NCBI GenBank assembly: GCA_045611685.1
Contig: JAZKXO010000106.1
Coordinates: 13,833 to 77,832, forward strand
DNA length: 64,000 nt
Origin: Eubacteriales bacterium
Lineage (GTDB): Bacteria > Bacillota > Clostridia > Oscillospirales > CAG-272
Direction of reading: 5' to 3'
Below are positions 38,323-48,148 of this stretch, one piece after another (the stretch's first letter is position 1; every line of letters begins with the position of its first letter). The translations under genes were made by a program, and so were the position numbers. The notes under the pieces were generated by a model. The model did no database searches and had not been told where the DNA came from. It saw only the letters and a program-made list of their open reading frames with translations.

Positions 38323-40566
38323 ATGTCGGATACGATAAATAAGATGAGCGGCGATGCAGGCTTTGTCAATATTGATGCGCTTATGGAAAAACTTCGGCAG
38401 AGTGGACGGAATTACGATCTGGAGAAAATCCAAAGATCGTTTGAGTACGCCGCAAAGCTGCACGAAGGACAATTTCGCAAAAGCGGAGATCCGTACATTT
38501 CTCACCCAATTGCAGTAGCGGAGATCGTAGCCTCGCTCGGTTTTGATACGGATTCTATCTGTGCTGCTTTTCTCCACGATACGGTCGAGGATTGCCCCGA
38601 TAAAACGAATCTCGGGCTGATCCGATCCTATTTTGGTGAGGAAGTGGCCATGCTCGTTGACGGCCTCACGAAAATGGAGAATATCAATATTGAGGATAAA
38701 GAAGAAGCGCATATGGAGAATATCCGAAAAATGCTTCTTGCAATGTCCAAGGATATACGCGTCATTTTCATTAAACTGTGCGATCGACTTCATAATATGC
38801 GGACGCTCTCTGCAAAAACCGAGAAGAAGCAGAGAACGACGGCACTTGAAACGATGAACGTATATGCGCCGCTTGCACACCGTCTTGGTATCCAGCGAAT
38901 CAAACAGGAACTTGAGAACCTTGCACTCAGTTATCTTGATCCGATCGGATACGAGGAAGTCAATACCAATATTGAGCAGAAATACGGACAGAACCGCGAT
39001 TTTCTCGAGTCGATCCGTTCTTATATTTCCGAAAAACTTTCCGAATACAACATTCACTTTGTAGTGGAAGAGCGCGTAAAAACCGTATACAGCATCTACC
39101 GCAAGATGTTTAATCAAAACAAGAACTTTGATGAGATCTATGATTTTTATGCACTGCGCATCATTGTGGAAACGGAGCTCGAGTGCTATACCGCGCTCGG
39201 CGTCATTCACGAGATGTTTAAGAGCATCCCCGGCCGTTTCAAGGACTACATCTCTACGCCGAAGCCGAATATGTACCAGTCATTGCACACTACGGTAATC
39301 GGCAGCGCAGGTGTTCCATTTGAGGTGCAGATCCGTACGAGACACATGCATCACGTGGCTGAATACGGTATCGCCGCACATTGGAAGTATAAGACTGGCG
39401 AGAGCTCAAAGGCGGAAATAGATCAAAAACTTTCGTGGATCTCGAGACTGATCGACACAGAGGATTCCGCCGCCGATCCGGACGAGTTCATGCACGCCCT
39501 CAAGATTGATCTTTTCCATGACGAAACATTTGTCTTTACGCCGAAGGGAGACGTAATCTCTCTGCCGCAGGGATCTACACTTATTGACTTTGCGTATGCG
39601 ATTCACTCCGGTGTCGGCAACAAGATGGTCGGTGCGAAGGTCAACGGTATGATCACGCCGATAGACCGTGAACCGCACACCGGCGATATCGTGGAGATTC
39701 TTACTTCGTCTACGTCCAAAGGACCGAGCCGCGATTGGCTCAAGATCGTCCGTACGAGTGAAGCGCGCAGCAAGATCCGCCAGTGGTTTAAAAAAGAAAA
39801 ACGATCCGAGAATATCGTTGTCGGTAAAGGTGACGTCATGCGCGAGATCACCCGTTTCGGGCGCCAGCTCACTGATGCGCAGAAAGGTGAGATCGCTCAC
39901 GCAGTTGCAAGACGTATCGGTATGCAGGATCTGGACGACTTGTATAACGCAATCGGTTACGGTGGACTGGCTGTCAGCAAGATTCTGCCCAAATTGCGCG
40001 ATGAGTATGACCGCTATGTGAAGCTGCTCACCGATACTGAACCTACTATGCCCGTTCAGGCAGAGCAGGTGAAGACTGTTGAACATCACCACGCCCACAC
40101 GGGTGGCATCATTATCGACGGCGAATACGGCTGTGCCGTTAAGTTTGCCAAATGCTGTAATCCGCTTCCGGGTGATGACGTGATTGGTTTTGTAACGAAG
40201 GGCTACGGCGTTTCCGTGCATAAGCGTGACTGCCCGAACGTCATAAGCGGTATGCAGAATGAAGAGAATCGCGGGCGCTGGAAACACGCAGAGTGGGATC
40301 TTAGCGAAGACGACAGCGGCCGTTCTATGTTTGAGTCCGGCATCGTTCTTGAAGCAGAGAATCACATTGCTTTGCTCGCGGAGATCACGACCGCTCTCGC
40401 TGAGATGAAGGTCTCGCTTTTGTCTATCAACACACAGAAACGTTCTCAGTCTGTTATTATCATCCATTTGACTGTCGGATGTAAAAACACCGAGCATTTC
40501 AATTCTATTTTGTCGCGGCTGCGTTCTATCCGTAACGTAGAATCCGTAAACCGCGCTATTGGCTGA
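38323..40566 (+). CDS. relA: Bifunctional (p)ppGpp synthetase/hydrolase
   Basis: HEGQFRKSGDPY, HDTVED, RFKDYI, YQSLHT, EVQIRT, HWKYK, then TGS, CC and ACT domains. Confidence 0.97.
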   Translation: MSDTINKMSGDAGFVNIDALMEKLRQSGRNYDLEKIQRSFEYAAKLHEGQFRKSGDPYISHPIAVAEIVASLGFDTDSICAAFLHDTVEDCPDKTNLGLIRSYFGEEVAMLVDGLTKMENINIEDKEEAHMENIRKMLLAMSKDIRVIFIKLCDRLHNMRTLSAKTEKKQRTTALETMNVYAPLAHRLGIQRIKQELENLALSYLDPIGYEEVNTNIEQKYGQNRDFLESIRSYISEKLSEYNIHFVVEERVKTVYSIYRKMFNQNKNFDEIYDFYALRIIVETELECYTALGVIHEMFKSIPGRFKDYISTPKPNMYQSLHTTVIGSAGVPFEVQIRTRHMHHVAEYGIAAHWKYKTGESSKAEIDQKLSWISRLIDTEDSAADPDEFMHALKIDLFHDETFVFTPKGDVISLPQGSTLIDFAYAIHSGVGNKMVGAKVNGMITPIDREPHTGDIVEILTSSTSKGPSRDWLKIVRTSEARSKIRQWFKKEKRSENIVVGKGDVMREITRFGRQLTDAQKGEIAHAVARRIGMQDLDDLYNAIGYGGLAVSKILPKLRDEYDRYVKLLTDTEPTMPVQAEQVKTVEHHHAHTGGIIIDGEYGCAVKFAKCCNPLPGDDVIGFVTKGYGVSVHKRDCPNVISGMQNEENRGRWKHAEWDLSEDDSGRSMFESGIVLEAENHIALLAEITTALAEMKVSLLSINTQKRSQSVIIIHLTVGCKNTEHFNSILSRLRSIRNVESVNRAIG

Positions 40567-40577
40567 GGAGGTCCACT

Positions 40578-41072
40578 ATGATCGCTGTTATACAACGGGT
40601 GAAAAACGCGAGCGTGTCGATTGACGGTGAAGTTACCGGTGCGTGCGGTACGGGATTTCTTGTGCTTCTCGGTGTGGCCCAAGGCGACAGTGAGCGTGAA
40701 GCCGAGCTTCTGGCTGACAAGATTACAAAAATGCGCATTTTCGAAGATGCGGATGAGAAGATGAATCTTTCCCTCAGCGATATAGGCGGCGAACTTTTGG
40801 TGATTTCCAATTTTACACTCCTTGCATCCTGCCGCCGCGGAAACCGTCCTGATTTCATGGGGGCAGAGCGCCCCGAGAAGGCTAGTCCCTTGTTTGACTA
40901 CTTTTGCGATTATATAGGCCGCACGATTCCGCACGTTGCACGCGGTACGTTTGGGGCAGATATGCAAGTGTCCATTCTTAATGACGGTCCCGTTACCATA
41001 CTGCTTGACAGCGACGTTTTGAAATTGCCGAAGAGCCAGGCACAGAGGAGCAAAACAGAGGAAACGGTATGA
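40578..41072 (+). CDS. dtd: D-aminoacyl-tRNA deacylase
   Basis: MIAVIQRV, SNFTL, FGADMQV, NDGPVT. Confidence 0.96.
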   Translation: MIAVIQRVKNASVSIDGEVTGACGTGFLVLLGVAQGDSEREAELLADKITKMRIFEDADEKMNLSLSDIGGELLVISNFTLLASCRRGNRPDFMGAERPEKASPLFDYFCDYIGRTIPHVARGTFGADMQVSILNDGPVTILLDSDVLKLPKSQAQRSKTEETV

Positions 41073-42574
41073 TTCTTACGATCGACGGAAATTTAAAGCC
41101 TTATTACGCGCAAACGCTTTGTATGAGTTTTTTTCCGGGCGTGAAATTCCCCGAAGGAGAGATGCCCGGTGAAGATGTACCTGAGGCGCATTTCATTATC
41201 CGAGAGGACGACGGCGGGGCGTTTGCCTCTGCAGCGCTTCAGTTAAACGGTGTTTCTCAGTCTCGCGAGAGTTACTGCGCTATCGAACCGGGCATAGATC
41301 GCGCCCGTGCGCGACAGATTGCCGCAGGATGTGCTTTCTTCGAAGCGGCATCTGCTTTGACCGGTGTTCGACCGCCGTGGGGCGTTTTGACCGGCGTACG
41401 GCCGGCGAAGATCGCCTCGGAACTCTTTCGATACGGCTACACGCCGAAAGCAGCCGCAGAGTGGATCACATCCCGTTATCTGACGGAGCCGATCAAAGCA
41501 TTGCTCGCATCGTCGGTTGCATCAGCAGAGAGGGAACTCATCACGCCGGATCTTGTGAACAAGTGCAGCGTGTACATCGCCATTCCTTTTTGTCCAAGTC
41601 GCTGTTCGTACTGCTCATTTGTTTCGTATACGTCGAAGAAGCTTTTGGATCTGATTCCCGAGTACCTTGGGGCGCTTGCCCAAAATATCCAAACCGTTTT
41701 TGGAACGATTCGAAAGCTCGGCAGGGAAGTATCAACTGTATATATCGGCGGCGGCACACCTTCGGTTTTGAGTGCAGAACAGCTGCGTTTTTTGCTATCG
41801 ACGGTAGCGAATGAGATGGATACATCATCTCTTCTCGAGTTCACGCTGGAAGCGGGACGGCCTGATACCATCACAGCCGAGAAACTCGCGGTTGCCAAGG
41901 AGTATGGCGTAAGCCGTGTCAGTGTGAATCCGCAGACGCTGAATGACGAGGTGTTGGCTTCCGTCGGCCGCCGGCATACGGCAGAGCAGTTCTTTTCTGC
42001 CTTTGAGGCAGCCCGCAAAGCAGCGATCAAGCATATAAACGTCGATCTCATTGCGGGTCTTCCGGGCGAGAGCACGGAGAGTTTTTCAAGTACTGTTGAT
42101 CGCATCATAGATCTTCATCCCGATAACATTACGGTACACACGTTTGCCGTGAAGAAGTCCGCTGAAATACGGCAGGAGAATGCCTCCGTCTATGACAGGG
42201 AAGGCACGGTTGCGGCTGCATCTGTTGCGTACTCACAAAAGTCGCTGACGGCTGCGGGCTATTTGCCGTATTATATGTATCGCCAAAAGAACACTGTCGG
42301 CAATCTTGAAAACGTCGGATATGCACTTCCCGGTGCCGAAGGACTATACAACATTTACATGATGGAAGAAGTCCACAGCATTTTTGCCGCAGGTGCATCC
42401 GCCGTTACGAAGCTTGTTTCTCCGACAGACTCCGCAGGGAATTGCCGCATCGACCGCATATTTGAGTCTAAATATCCATATGAATATCTAAAAGATTACA
42501 AGGATGAGGCAGGCGTCAGGCGTGCTCTCGAATATGAGAAAACCGCCCTTGATTTTTATAATCGGTATTTCTGA
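41069..42574 (+). CDS. hemZ: HemZ radical-SAM protein
   Basis: PWGVLTGVRPAK, CPSRCSYCSF, YIGGGTP, EAGRPD, YYMYRQKN. Confidence 0.92.
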   Translation: MILTIDGNLKPYYAQTLCMSFFPGVKFPEGEMPGEDVPEAHFIIREDDGGAFASAALQLNGVSQSRESYCAIEPGIDRARARQIAAGCAFFEAASALTGVRPPWGVLTGVRPAKIASELFRYGYTPKAAAEWITSRYLTEPIKALLASSVASAERELITPDLVNKCSVYIAIPFCPSRCSYCSFVSYTSKKLLDLIPEYLGALAQNIQTVFGTIRKLGREVSTVYIGGGTPSVLSAEQLRFLLSTVANEMDTSSLLEFTLEAGRPDTITAEKLAVAKEYGVSRVSVNPQTLNDEVLASVGRRHTAEQFFSAFEAARKAAIKHINVDLIAGLPGESTESFSSTVDRIIDLHPDNITVHTFAVKKSAEIRQENASVYDREGTVAAASVAYSQKSLTAAGYLPYYMYRQKNTVGNLENVGYALPGAEGLYNIYMMEEVHSIFAAGASAVTKLVSPTDSAGNCRIDRIFESKYPYEYLKDYKDEAGVRRALEYEKTALDFYNRYF

Positions 42575-42607
42575 TTCTGTCGTGCCTTTGCGTTTTCGGA
42601 GGAGTCT

Positions 42608-43510
42608 ATGCGTATAGTAGAGATGTATGATGTCAGTTCAACTGCAGCAAAAGCCTTTGTTGATGCCTCAGAGTCCGATTTTCAAAACCGGCTCGCCGAG
42701 GTATCCCACCACATCGTGTGTGATGACCGCGTTGAATTTATTATGCTTTCAGGACCAACCTGTTCCGGCAAAACAACGTTGGCGGCGAAACTGACGAGTG
42801 AGATCACAGGGGCAGGTAAGAAAGCGATTGTTTTATCGGTTGACGACTTTTTCAAAGAGCACTCTGCAATGAAGCGCGTTGGTGACCGGATTGATTTTGA
42901 TTCTGTTGACGCAATCGATCTTTTCTATTTTGCTGAATGTGTTTCTAAAATCTTAAACGGTGAAGATACACCTTTACCGTCCTTTGATTTTGTTACCGGC
43001 ACAAGGAAAGAAGGCGTGCCTTACAGACACACCCCCGACGATATTATCATTTTTGAGGGGATCCAGACTGTTTATCCCGAGGTGCTGGCCCTTATGGAGG
43101 GCTATCCGTACAAATCACTTTCTATCGCCGTGCGCGAGGCGCTGTCGGTGAACGGCACCATTTTTTCTCCCGAAGAGATACGACTTGCCCGACGAATCGT
43201 CCGTGATTTCAAATTCCGCTCGGCTTCTCCGGAATTCACTTTCCACATTTGGAGGGGCGTGCGCGAAAACGAAGAGAAGAATATTACACCGTATCTGGAT
43301 ACGTGTGATTACTGTATCGATTCTCTCATGCCCTATGAACCTTTTATGATATCTCCGTTTCTTATCCCCCTTTTGGAAAGTATTCCGGCCCACAGCCGCT
43401 ATTATTCCGAAGCGAAGACGTTCCGCGAAAAATTTCGCGCTGTGGAAAACTTTCCGATTTCAAGTGACCTTTTACCGGAAAATTCTTTATATCGTGAGTT
43501 TTTAGGATAA
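42608..43510 (+). CDS. Uridine/nucleoside kinase-like P-loop protein
   Basis: GPTCSGKTT, SVDDFF, IIIFEGI, RRIVRD, ENEEKNI. Confidence 0.8.
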   Translation: MRIVEMYDVSSTAAKAFVDASESDFQNRLAEVSHHIVCDDRVEFIMLSGPTCSGKTTLAAKLTSEITGAGKKAIVLSVDDFFKEHSAMKRVGDRIDFDSVDAIDLFYFAECVSKILNGEDTPLPSFDFVTGTRKEGVPYRHTPDDIIIFEGIQTVYPEVLALMEGYPYKSLSIAVREALSVNGTIFSPEEIRLARRIVRDFKFRSASPEFTFHIWRGVRENEEKNITPYLDTCDYCIDSLMPYEPFMISPFLIPLLESIPAHSRYYSEAKTFREKFRAVENFPISSDLLPENSLYREFLG

Positions 43511-43537
43511 CATCCAAGTCTTTCGGAGGAAAAATCA

Positions 43538-45205
43538 TTGAAGAGAAAAAACAACAGCGGCGGCTCACCCAGCGTTAAGAGCACAACCAATCTGTTCTTT
43601 TCCGGTGTGCTTGTTTTGACTATCTCCAATTTAATTATTAAAGTGATCGGTATGCTCTTTAAAATCCCAATGAGCCATTTCGTCGGAGACGAAGGCATGG
43701 GGTATTACTCGCAGGCATACACGCTCTACACCTGTTTCTTTATGATTGCCACGAACGGATTGCCGGTTGCTTTGGCAACGATGCTTTCAGACAGCCGTTC
43801 GAAGGGACAGTTCAAGCAGGCAAAGCGGATTTTCCGTATAGCTATGGGACTGTTTTTCGCCGTCGGTCTTCTCAGCATGCTCGTCATGCTTTTCGGTGCA
43901 AGAATATATTCATCTGAATTTCTTCGGGTAGATCAGGCGTATTACTGTATCCTTGCCGTTGCTCCCACAATCTTTTTTATCAGTATTTCCAGTGCCTATC
44001 GTGGCTATTTTCAGAGTTATCAGCAGATGCTTCCCACCTCTGTTTCACAGCTTACGGAGGTCCTTTCCAAGTTGTTTTTAGGCGTGTTTTTTGCTCTGTA
44101 TGCAAAAGGACAGGGATATGGTGTACATATCGTTGCCGCATACGCCGCCGCAGGTCTTACGATCGGCGCAGCACTCGGAATGATATTTTTGTTTTTTGCC
44201 AAACTTGCTTTTCGATCAAAGGAAGAGCAGTACAATGCGCAGATCATTGAGGGAAATACCATATCCGAGTATACTGCTTCCACCGGTACCATACTGAAAC
44301 GGATTGCCATTATTGCAATTCCTATTACACTCAGTTCCTCCGTTATGAGTATAACAAACCTGATTGATTCAGGACTCGTTTCCACGGGACTGCAGGATAT
44401 TGGGATGACGGCCGAAGAGGCAACAAAAGTATACGGGAACTATACGACCCTTGCTGTCACTATGTTCAACCTGCCACCGTATCTCATCTATCCGATATCG
44501 TATTCTATTATTCCAATCTTGACTATGGCACGCAGCACGAAGGATACTGTGCGTGCGAACCGCATCATGGAATCTTCGCTTCGTGTATCTGTTTTGATTG
44601 GATTGCCGTGCGCACTCGGAATGTCGGCTCTTTCTAAGCCGATCCTTTCGCTTTTGTTTCCTATGGAATCTGTGGAGATGGCATGGCCGCTTTTGTCGCT
44701 TTTGGCGCCCGCCTCTTTCTTCATTTGCGTTTTGTCAGTTACCAACGCGATTCTGCAGTCATGCGGATATGAGCGGATGCCCCTGTATTCTATGCTTGTG
44801 GGCGCGGCGATAAAATTAGTGTCCAACTATATTTTGATACGCACAATCGGTATGTACGGTACGCCCGTCAGTACATTCCTTTGCTACCTTACCGCAACGG
44901 CTATGAATCTGTACTTTGTTGCGAAGAAGACGGGTGTTATGCCCTCAGTAAGCCGCGTGTTCCTCCGCCCGCTCCTGGCTGCCGTCCTGTGCGCTTTAGC
45001 CGCGCTCGGCTCCTACACGCTTTTCAGCGACGTTCTGGGGCTCAGCGGACGCGTGATCACGCTTGCCGCTATCTTGATTGCTGTGATTGTGTACGGGGGG
45101 CTTGTTTTCACTACACGCGCCATTACGGCAGACGATATTCTCCTTCTCCCCAAGGGTGAGAGGATTTTGTCCGTTCTTAAAAAAATTAAACTCGTAAGAG
45201 TATAA
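43538..45205 (+). CDS. MOP-family flippase (SpoVB/YabM/MurJ-like polysaccharide biosynthesis protein)
   Basis: Multi-TM protein; KVIGMLFKIP, GDEGMGYY, YRGYFQ; TTG start with GGAGG RBS; sits before mazG like yabM. Confidence 0.88.
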   Translation: MKRKNNSGGSPSVKSTTNLFFSGVLVLTISNLIIKVIGMLFKIPMSHFVGDEGMGYYSQAYTLYTCFFMIATNGLPVALATMLSDSRSKGQFKQAKRIFRIAMGLFFAVGLLSMLVMLFGARIYSSEFLRVDQAYYCILAVAPTIFFISISSAYRGYFQSYQQMLPTSVSQLTEVLSKLFLGVFFALYAKGQGYGVHIVAAYAAAGLTIGAALGMIFLFFAKLAFRSKEEQYNAQIIEGNTISEYTASTGTILKRIAIIAIPITLSSSVMSITNLIDSGLVSTGLQDIGMTAEEATKVYGNYTTLAVTMFNLPPYLIYPISYSIIPILTMARSTKDTVRANRIMESSLRVSVLIGLPCALGMSALSKPILSLLFPMESVEMAWPLLSLLAPASFFICVLSVTNAILQSCGYERMPLYSMLVGAAIKLVSNYILIRTIGMYGTPVSTFLCYLTATAMNLYFVAKKTGVMPSVSRVFLRPLLAAVLCALAALGSYTLFSDVLGLSGRVITLAAILIAVIVYGGLVFTTRAITADDILLLPKGERILSVLKKIKLVRV

Positions 45206-45240
45206 ACCGATTATACGGCTTAGCCGAAAGGATGTTCAAA

Positions 45241-46041
45241 ATGAATCAGACAGCTCTAGATTTGCTGAATGAAGAGCGACACGACTTTGAGTCTCTTGTC
45301 CGCGTGATGGAACTTCTCCGTGCACCTGGCGGATGTCCTTGGGACAGAGAGCAGACGCACGAGACTATCCGCGGAAATTTCATTGAGGAGACGTACGAGG
45401 TTATCGAAGCGATTGATACGTCAGATGCATCTCTTTTAAGGGAAGAACTGGGCGACGTGCTTCTCCAAGTGGTCTTCCATGCACGCATCTCCGAGGAAGC
45501 GGGCGACTTTTCTATTGAGGATGTCATACACGATATTACGGAGAAACTCATACGCCGTCATCCGCATGTTTTTGCTGACGTGGAAGCGGATACGTCCGAC
45601 GAAGTCCTTAAAAACTGGGAAGCTATCAAAAAAGAAGAAAAACAGCGCGTTGGAATTGCTGGGACGCTTGGTGCAGTTCCGCCGTCTTTGCCGGCGCTTA
45701 TGCGCGCACAGGCTTTGATGAAGAAAGCAGGGAAGGCTGGTATAGTACCCGACCCGGATATACTCGCAAAAGAGATTAGTGCCGTTGCCGCTCAACTCTC
45801 AAATGCGATTTCGAATGCTAACGAAGAATCGATCGCACAGTTGACCGGAAAAATGGCGTTTCTTACTGCTGCCGCCGGGCAGCATGCTGGCTGTGATGTA
45901 GAGGAATTATTATCAAAAGAATCAAACAGTTTCGTCAACTCTTTAACAGAATGTGAACGCACAAGTGGTGACTTTTCCGGTTTTGTGGATGAAAAGAGAC
46001 GAATTGTAGCGCAAAATGCCTATTTTTCTCATAAAATTTGA
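45241..46041 (+). CDS. mazG: MazG nucleoside triphosphate pyrophosphohydrolase
   Basis: LRAPGGCPWDREQT, EETYE, EELGDVLLQVVFH, KLIRRHPHVF, NWEAIK. Confidence 0.93.
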   Translation: MNQTALDLLNEERHDFESLVRVMELLRAPGGCPWDREQTHETIRGNFIEETYEVIEAIDTSDASLLREELGDVLLQVVFHARISEEAGDFSIEDVIHDITEKLIRRHPHVFADVEADTSDEVLKNWEAIKKEEKQRVGIAGTLGAVPPSLPALMRAQALMKKAGKAGIVPDPDILAKEISAVAAQLSNAISNANEESIAQLTGKMAFLTAAAGQHAGCDVEELLSKESNSFVNSLTECERTSGDFSGFVDEKRRIVAQNAYFSHKI

Positions 46042-46071
46042 TGTATTTTTGAGAAAAAACGGAGAAAACTC

Positions 46072-46100
46072 TTGATTCTTTTCCAATATAATGATATAAT
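46072..46100 (+). promoter_or_regulatory. Sigma-A promoter for hup
   Basis: TTGATT-17 bp-TATAAT with extended TG. Confidence 0.65.
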
Positions 46101-46179
46101 ATCATTGCTTATATAATACCCGGCGTTGGGCTCCAACGCTAATTTACGCATAATTGCGAAAAGAAAGGAAATGCATCCC

Positions 46180-46455
46180 ATGAATAAGACTCAGCTCATT
46201 GAAGTTGTTGCCAAAGAGGCAGGACTCAAAAAGAAATCTGCAGAAGCTGCTGTAGCTGCTGTCCTCGGTGCAATCGAGAATGCACTCGCTGACGGTGAAA
46301 AGGTTCAGATCGCCGGATTCGGCACCTTCGAAGTTAAGGAAAGAGGTGCAAGAGCTGGCCGTAATCCCGCTACCGGTGCTGCTATCACCATCCCCGCTTC
46401 CAAGCATCCTGCTTTCTCTGCCGGCAAGGCTCTGAAGGACAAGGTAAACAAATAA
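46180..46455 (+). CDS. hup: DNA-binding protein HU
   Basis: [31 protein letters not shown]. Confidence 0.97.
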   Translation: MNKTQLIEVVAKEAGLKKKSAEAAVAAVLGAIENALADGEKVQIAGFGTFEVKERGARAGRNPATGAAITIPASKHPAFSAGKALKDKVNK

Positions 46456-46526
46456 TTAACAGGTGAATTTTGTGTGCTGACAGCTCCGGTGTTCCACTGG
46501 GGCTGTTTGCCGCACAAAGCACGCGT

Positions 46527-46772
46527 ATGAGACTGGATAAATTTTTAAAAGTATCGCGTATCATCAAACGTCGTACCGTTGCCAATGATGCCTGTGATAC
46601 CGAGCATGTTTCTGTTAACGGAAAACGAGCAAAAGCATCTTATGATGTTAAGGTCGGAGATGTTATTGAAATCACATTCGGCGAGCGTACGATGAAAATC
46701 CGCGTTCTTGATGTCCGCGAGCATGTTACAAAAGCTGATGTAGCCTCGCTGTACGAAGTTCTACCCAACTGA
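46527..46772 (+). CDS. yabO: S4-domain RNA-binding protein (YabO/RqcP-like)
   Basis: MRLDKFLKVSRIIKRRTVA...VKVGDVIEI. Confidence 0.92.
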   Translation: MRLDKFLKVSRIIKRRTVANDACDTEHVSVNGKRAKASYDVKVGDVIEITFGERTMKIRVLDVREHVTKADVASLYEVLPN

Positions 46773-46774
46773 GG

Positions 46775-46802
46775 GCATAATTTTTTGTTTATTGCATATA
46801 CT
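46775..46802 (+). promoter_or_regulatory. SigE-like promoter for yabP-yabQ
   Basis: GCATAAT-13 bp-CATATACT; yabPQ is SigE-controlled in B. subtilis. Confidence 0.6.
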
Positions 46803-46829
46803 GAACCAGAATAGCGGGGAGGTGTCTGC

Positions 46830-47114
46830 ATGAATGTTCAAAATGTCCAATCCCACACTGTTATGATCCGCGAATGCAAGCGGATTGAGTTGACCGGAAT
46901 TTCCGAGGTGGAAAACTTTAACGAAACCGGCATTGATTTGATTTCGGACTGCGGCGCTGTCGCCATCGAAGGTGAGTCATTGCGCATTGAAAGTTTTTCC
47001 GTTGAAAGCGGAAAGATTGTTATTGATGGAAAAATAACCGGTGTTTTTTATTACGAGAGGCAAGTAAAGCCAACGCGCACAGCCGACGGTTTCTTCCGTA
47101 AACGCGCAAAGTAA
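46830..47114 (+). CDS. yabP: Sporulation protein YabP
   Basis: LTGISEVENFNE, IEGESLRI, GKITGVFY; position in the yabO-yabP-yabQ cluster. Confidence 0.88.
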   Translation: MNVQNVQSHTVMIRECKRIELTGISEVENFNETGIDLISDCGAVAIEGESLRIESFSVESGKIVIDGKITGVFYYERQVKPTRTADGFFRKRAK

Positions 47115-47120
47115 CAGTAG

Positions 47121-47738
47121 ATGGGAATTTCTTATGAGCAGCAGTTGTACGCGCTTCTGTATGCGGTACTTACGGGGTGTATCCTTGGGTGCATTTTAGA
47201 CGTTATCCGCATATCGCGTGTCCTCTGCGGTATTGCCTCTTATACGGGGTGTAACAAAACACTTAGAAAAGTTTCTTTTCCTCTTATCGGAACAGTTAGA
47301 AATTTAGCCTTAAAAAACGAAAGTTCGGTTTCAAAATCGGTGATTCTTTTTTTCGGTGATCTTTTGTTTTTCACACTGTCAGGATGTTTTTTCTGTGTTT
47401 TTTTGTTCCATGCAGCAAGTGGATGTTTCCGCTGGTTTTATATTTTAGGGGCTCTTGCAGGCTTCTTTGCGTATTATGTATCCGTTGGTAGAATGGTAAT
47501 GATGCTTTCTGAGACCATTAATATTTTTCTTAATCTGTTTTTTCTTTATTTGGTTTGGTTACTGCGTCTGCCATTCCGTGCCGTTTTTCGCTTCGCACGA
47601 TTTGTATGCCAATTGATTGCCGTGCATTTTCTTGAGCCGATATGGAATGTTATTGTTCACGCATGGCGTATACGGTATACAGGACGTGCCCGTAAACATT
47701 TGTGCGATGCTGTTCGTATCGCGCATATTTTCGATTAA
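47121..47738 (+). CDS. yabQ: Spore cortex biosynthesis protein YabQ
   Basis: GCILDVIR, GDLLF, GCFRWFYILG; hydrophobic; follows yabP. Confidence 0.8.
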   Translation: MGISYEQQLYALLYAVLTGCILGCILDVIRISRVLCGIASYTGCNKTLRKVSFPLIGTVRNLALKNESSVSKSVILFFGDLLFFTLSGCFFCVFLFHAASGCFRWFYILGALAGFFAYYVSVGRMVMMLSETINIFLNLFFLYLVWLLRLPFRAVFRFARFVCQLIAVHFLEPIWNVIVHAWRIRYTGRARKHLCDAVRIAHIFD

Positions 47739-47781
47739 TCTTACGTTTGCAAATTACGTTTTAGGGAAGGAGTTGTGGGGG

Positions 47782-48063
47782 ATGTATCAGATTAAAAGTA
47801 ACGTCTTTTTTAAGATTGCGGTTCTTCTGCTCGTGATTTTTTGCATTTTTATGATCGTAACCCTACAGCTTCGGTACAATCGTCTAAAGGCGCAAAAGGA
47901 ACTTTTGGCACTTGAAATCTCAGCGACCGCTAATCGTATTGAGGCGATACAGACAACACTTGACACTCCCTTTGACGATGAATACATTATAAAAATTGCA
48001 AGAGAAAAATTGAATTTGCGCTTGCCTGAGGAAATTGTCTTTTATAACGATTTAAACGATTGA
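47782..48063 (+). CDS. divIC: Septum formation initiator (DivIC/FtsB-like)
   Basis: TM helix, coiled coil, YIIKIAREKLNLRLPEEIVF. GGAAGGAG RBS. Confidence 0.8.
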   Translation: MYQIKSNVFFKIAVLLLVIFCIFMIVTLQLRYNRLKAQKELLALEISATANRIEAIQTTLDTPFDDEYIIKIAREKLNLRLPEEIVFYNDLND

Positions 48064-48148
48064 GCAAGCGGGAAGTTGAATACTGTTGAAACTTGTGTCG
48101 TGGTTGCCATAGGGGGCCACGACACAGTTCTTCTCATAAAGGAGCAAT

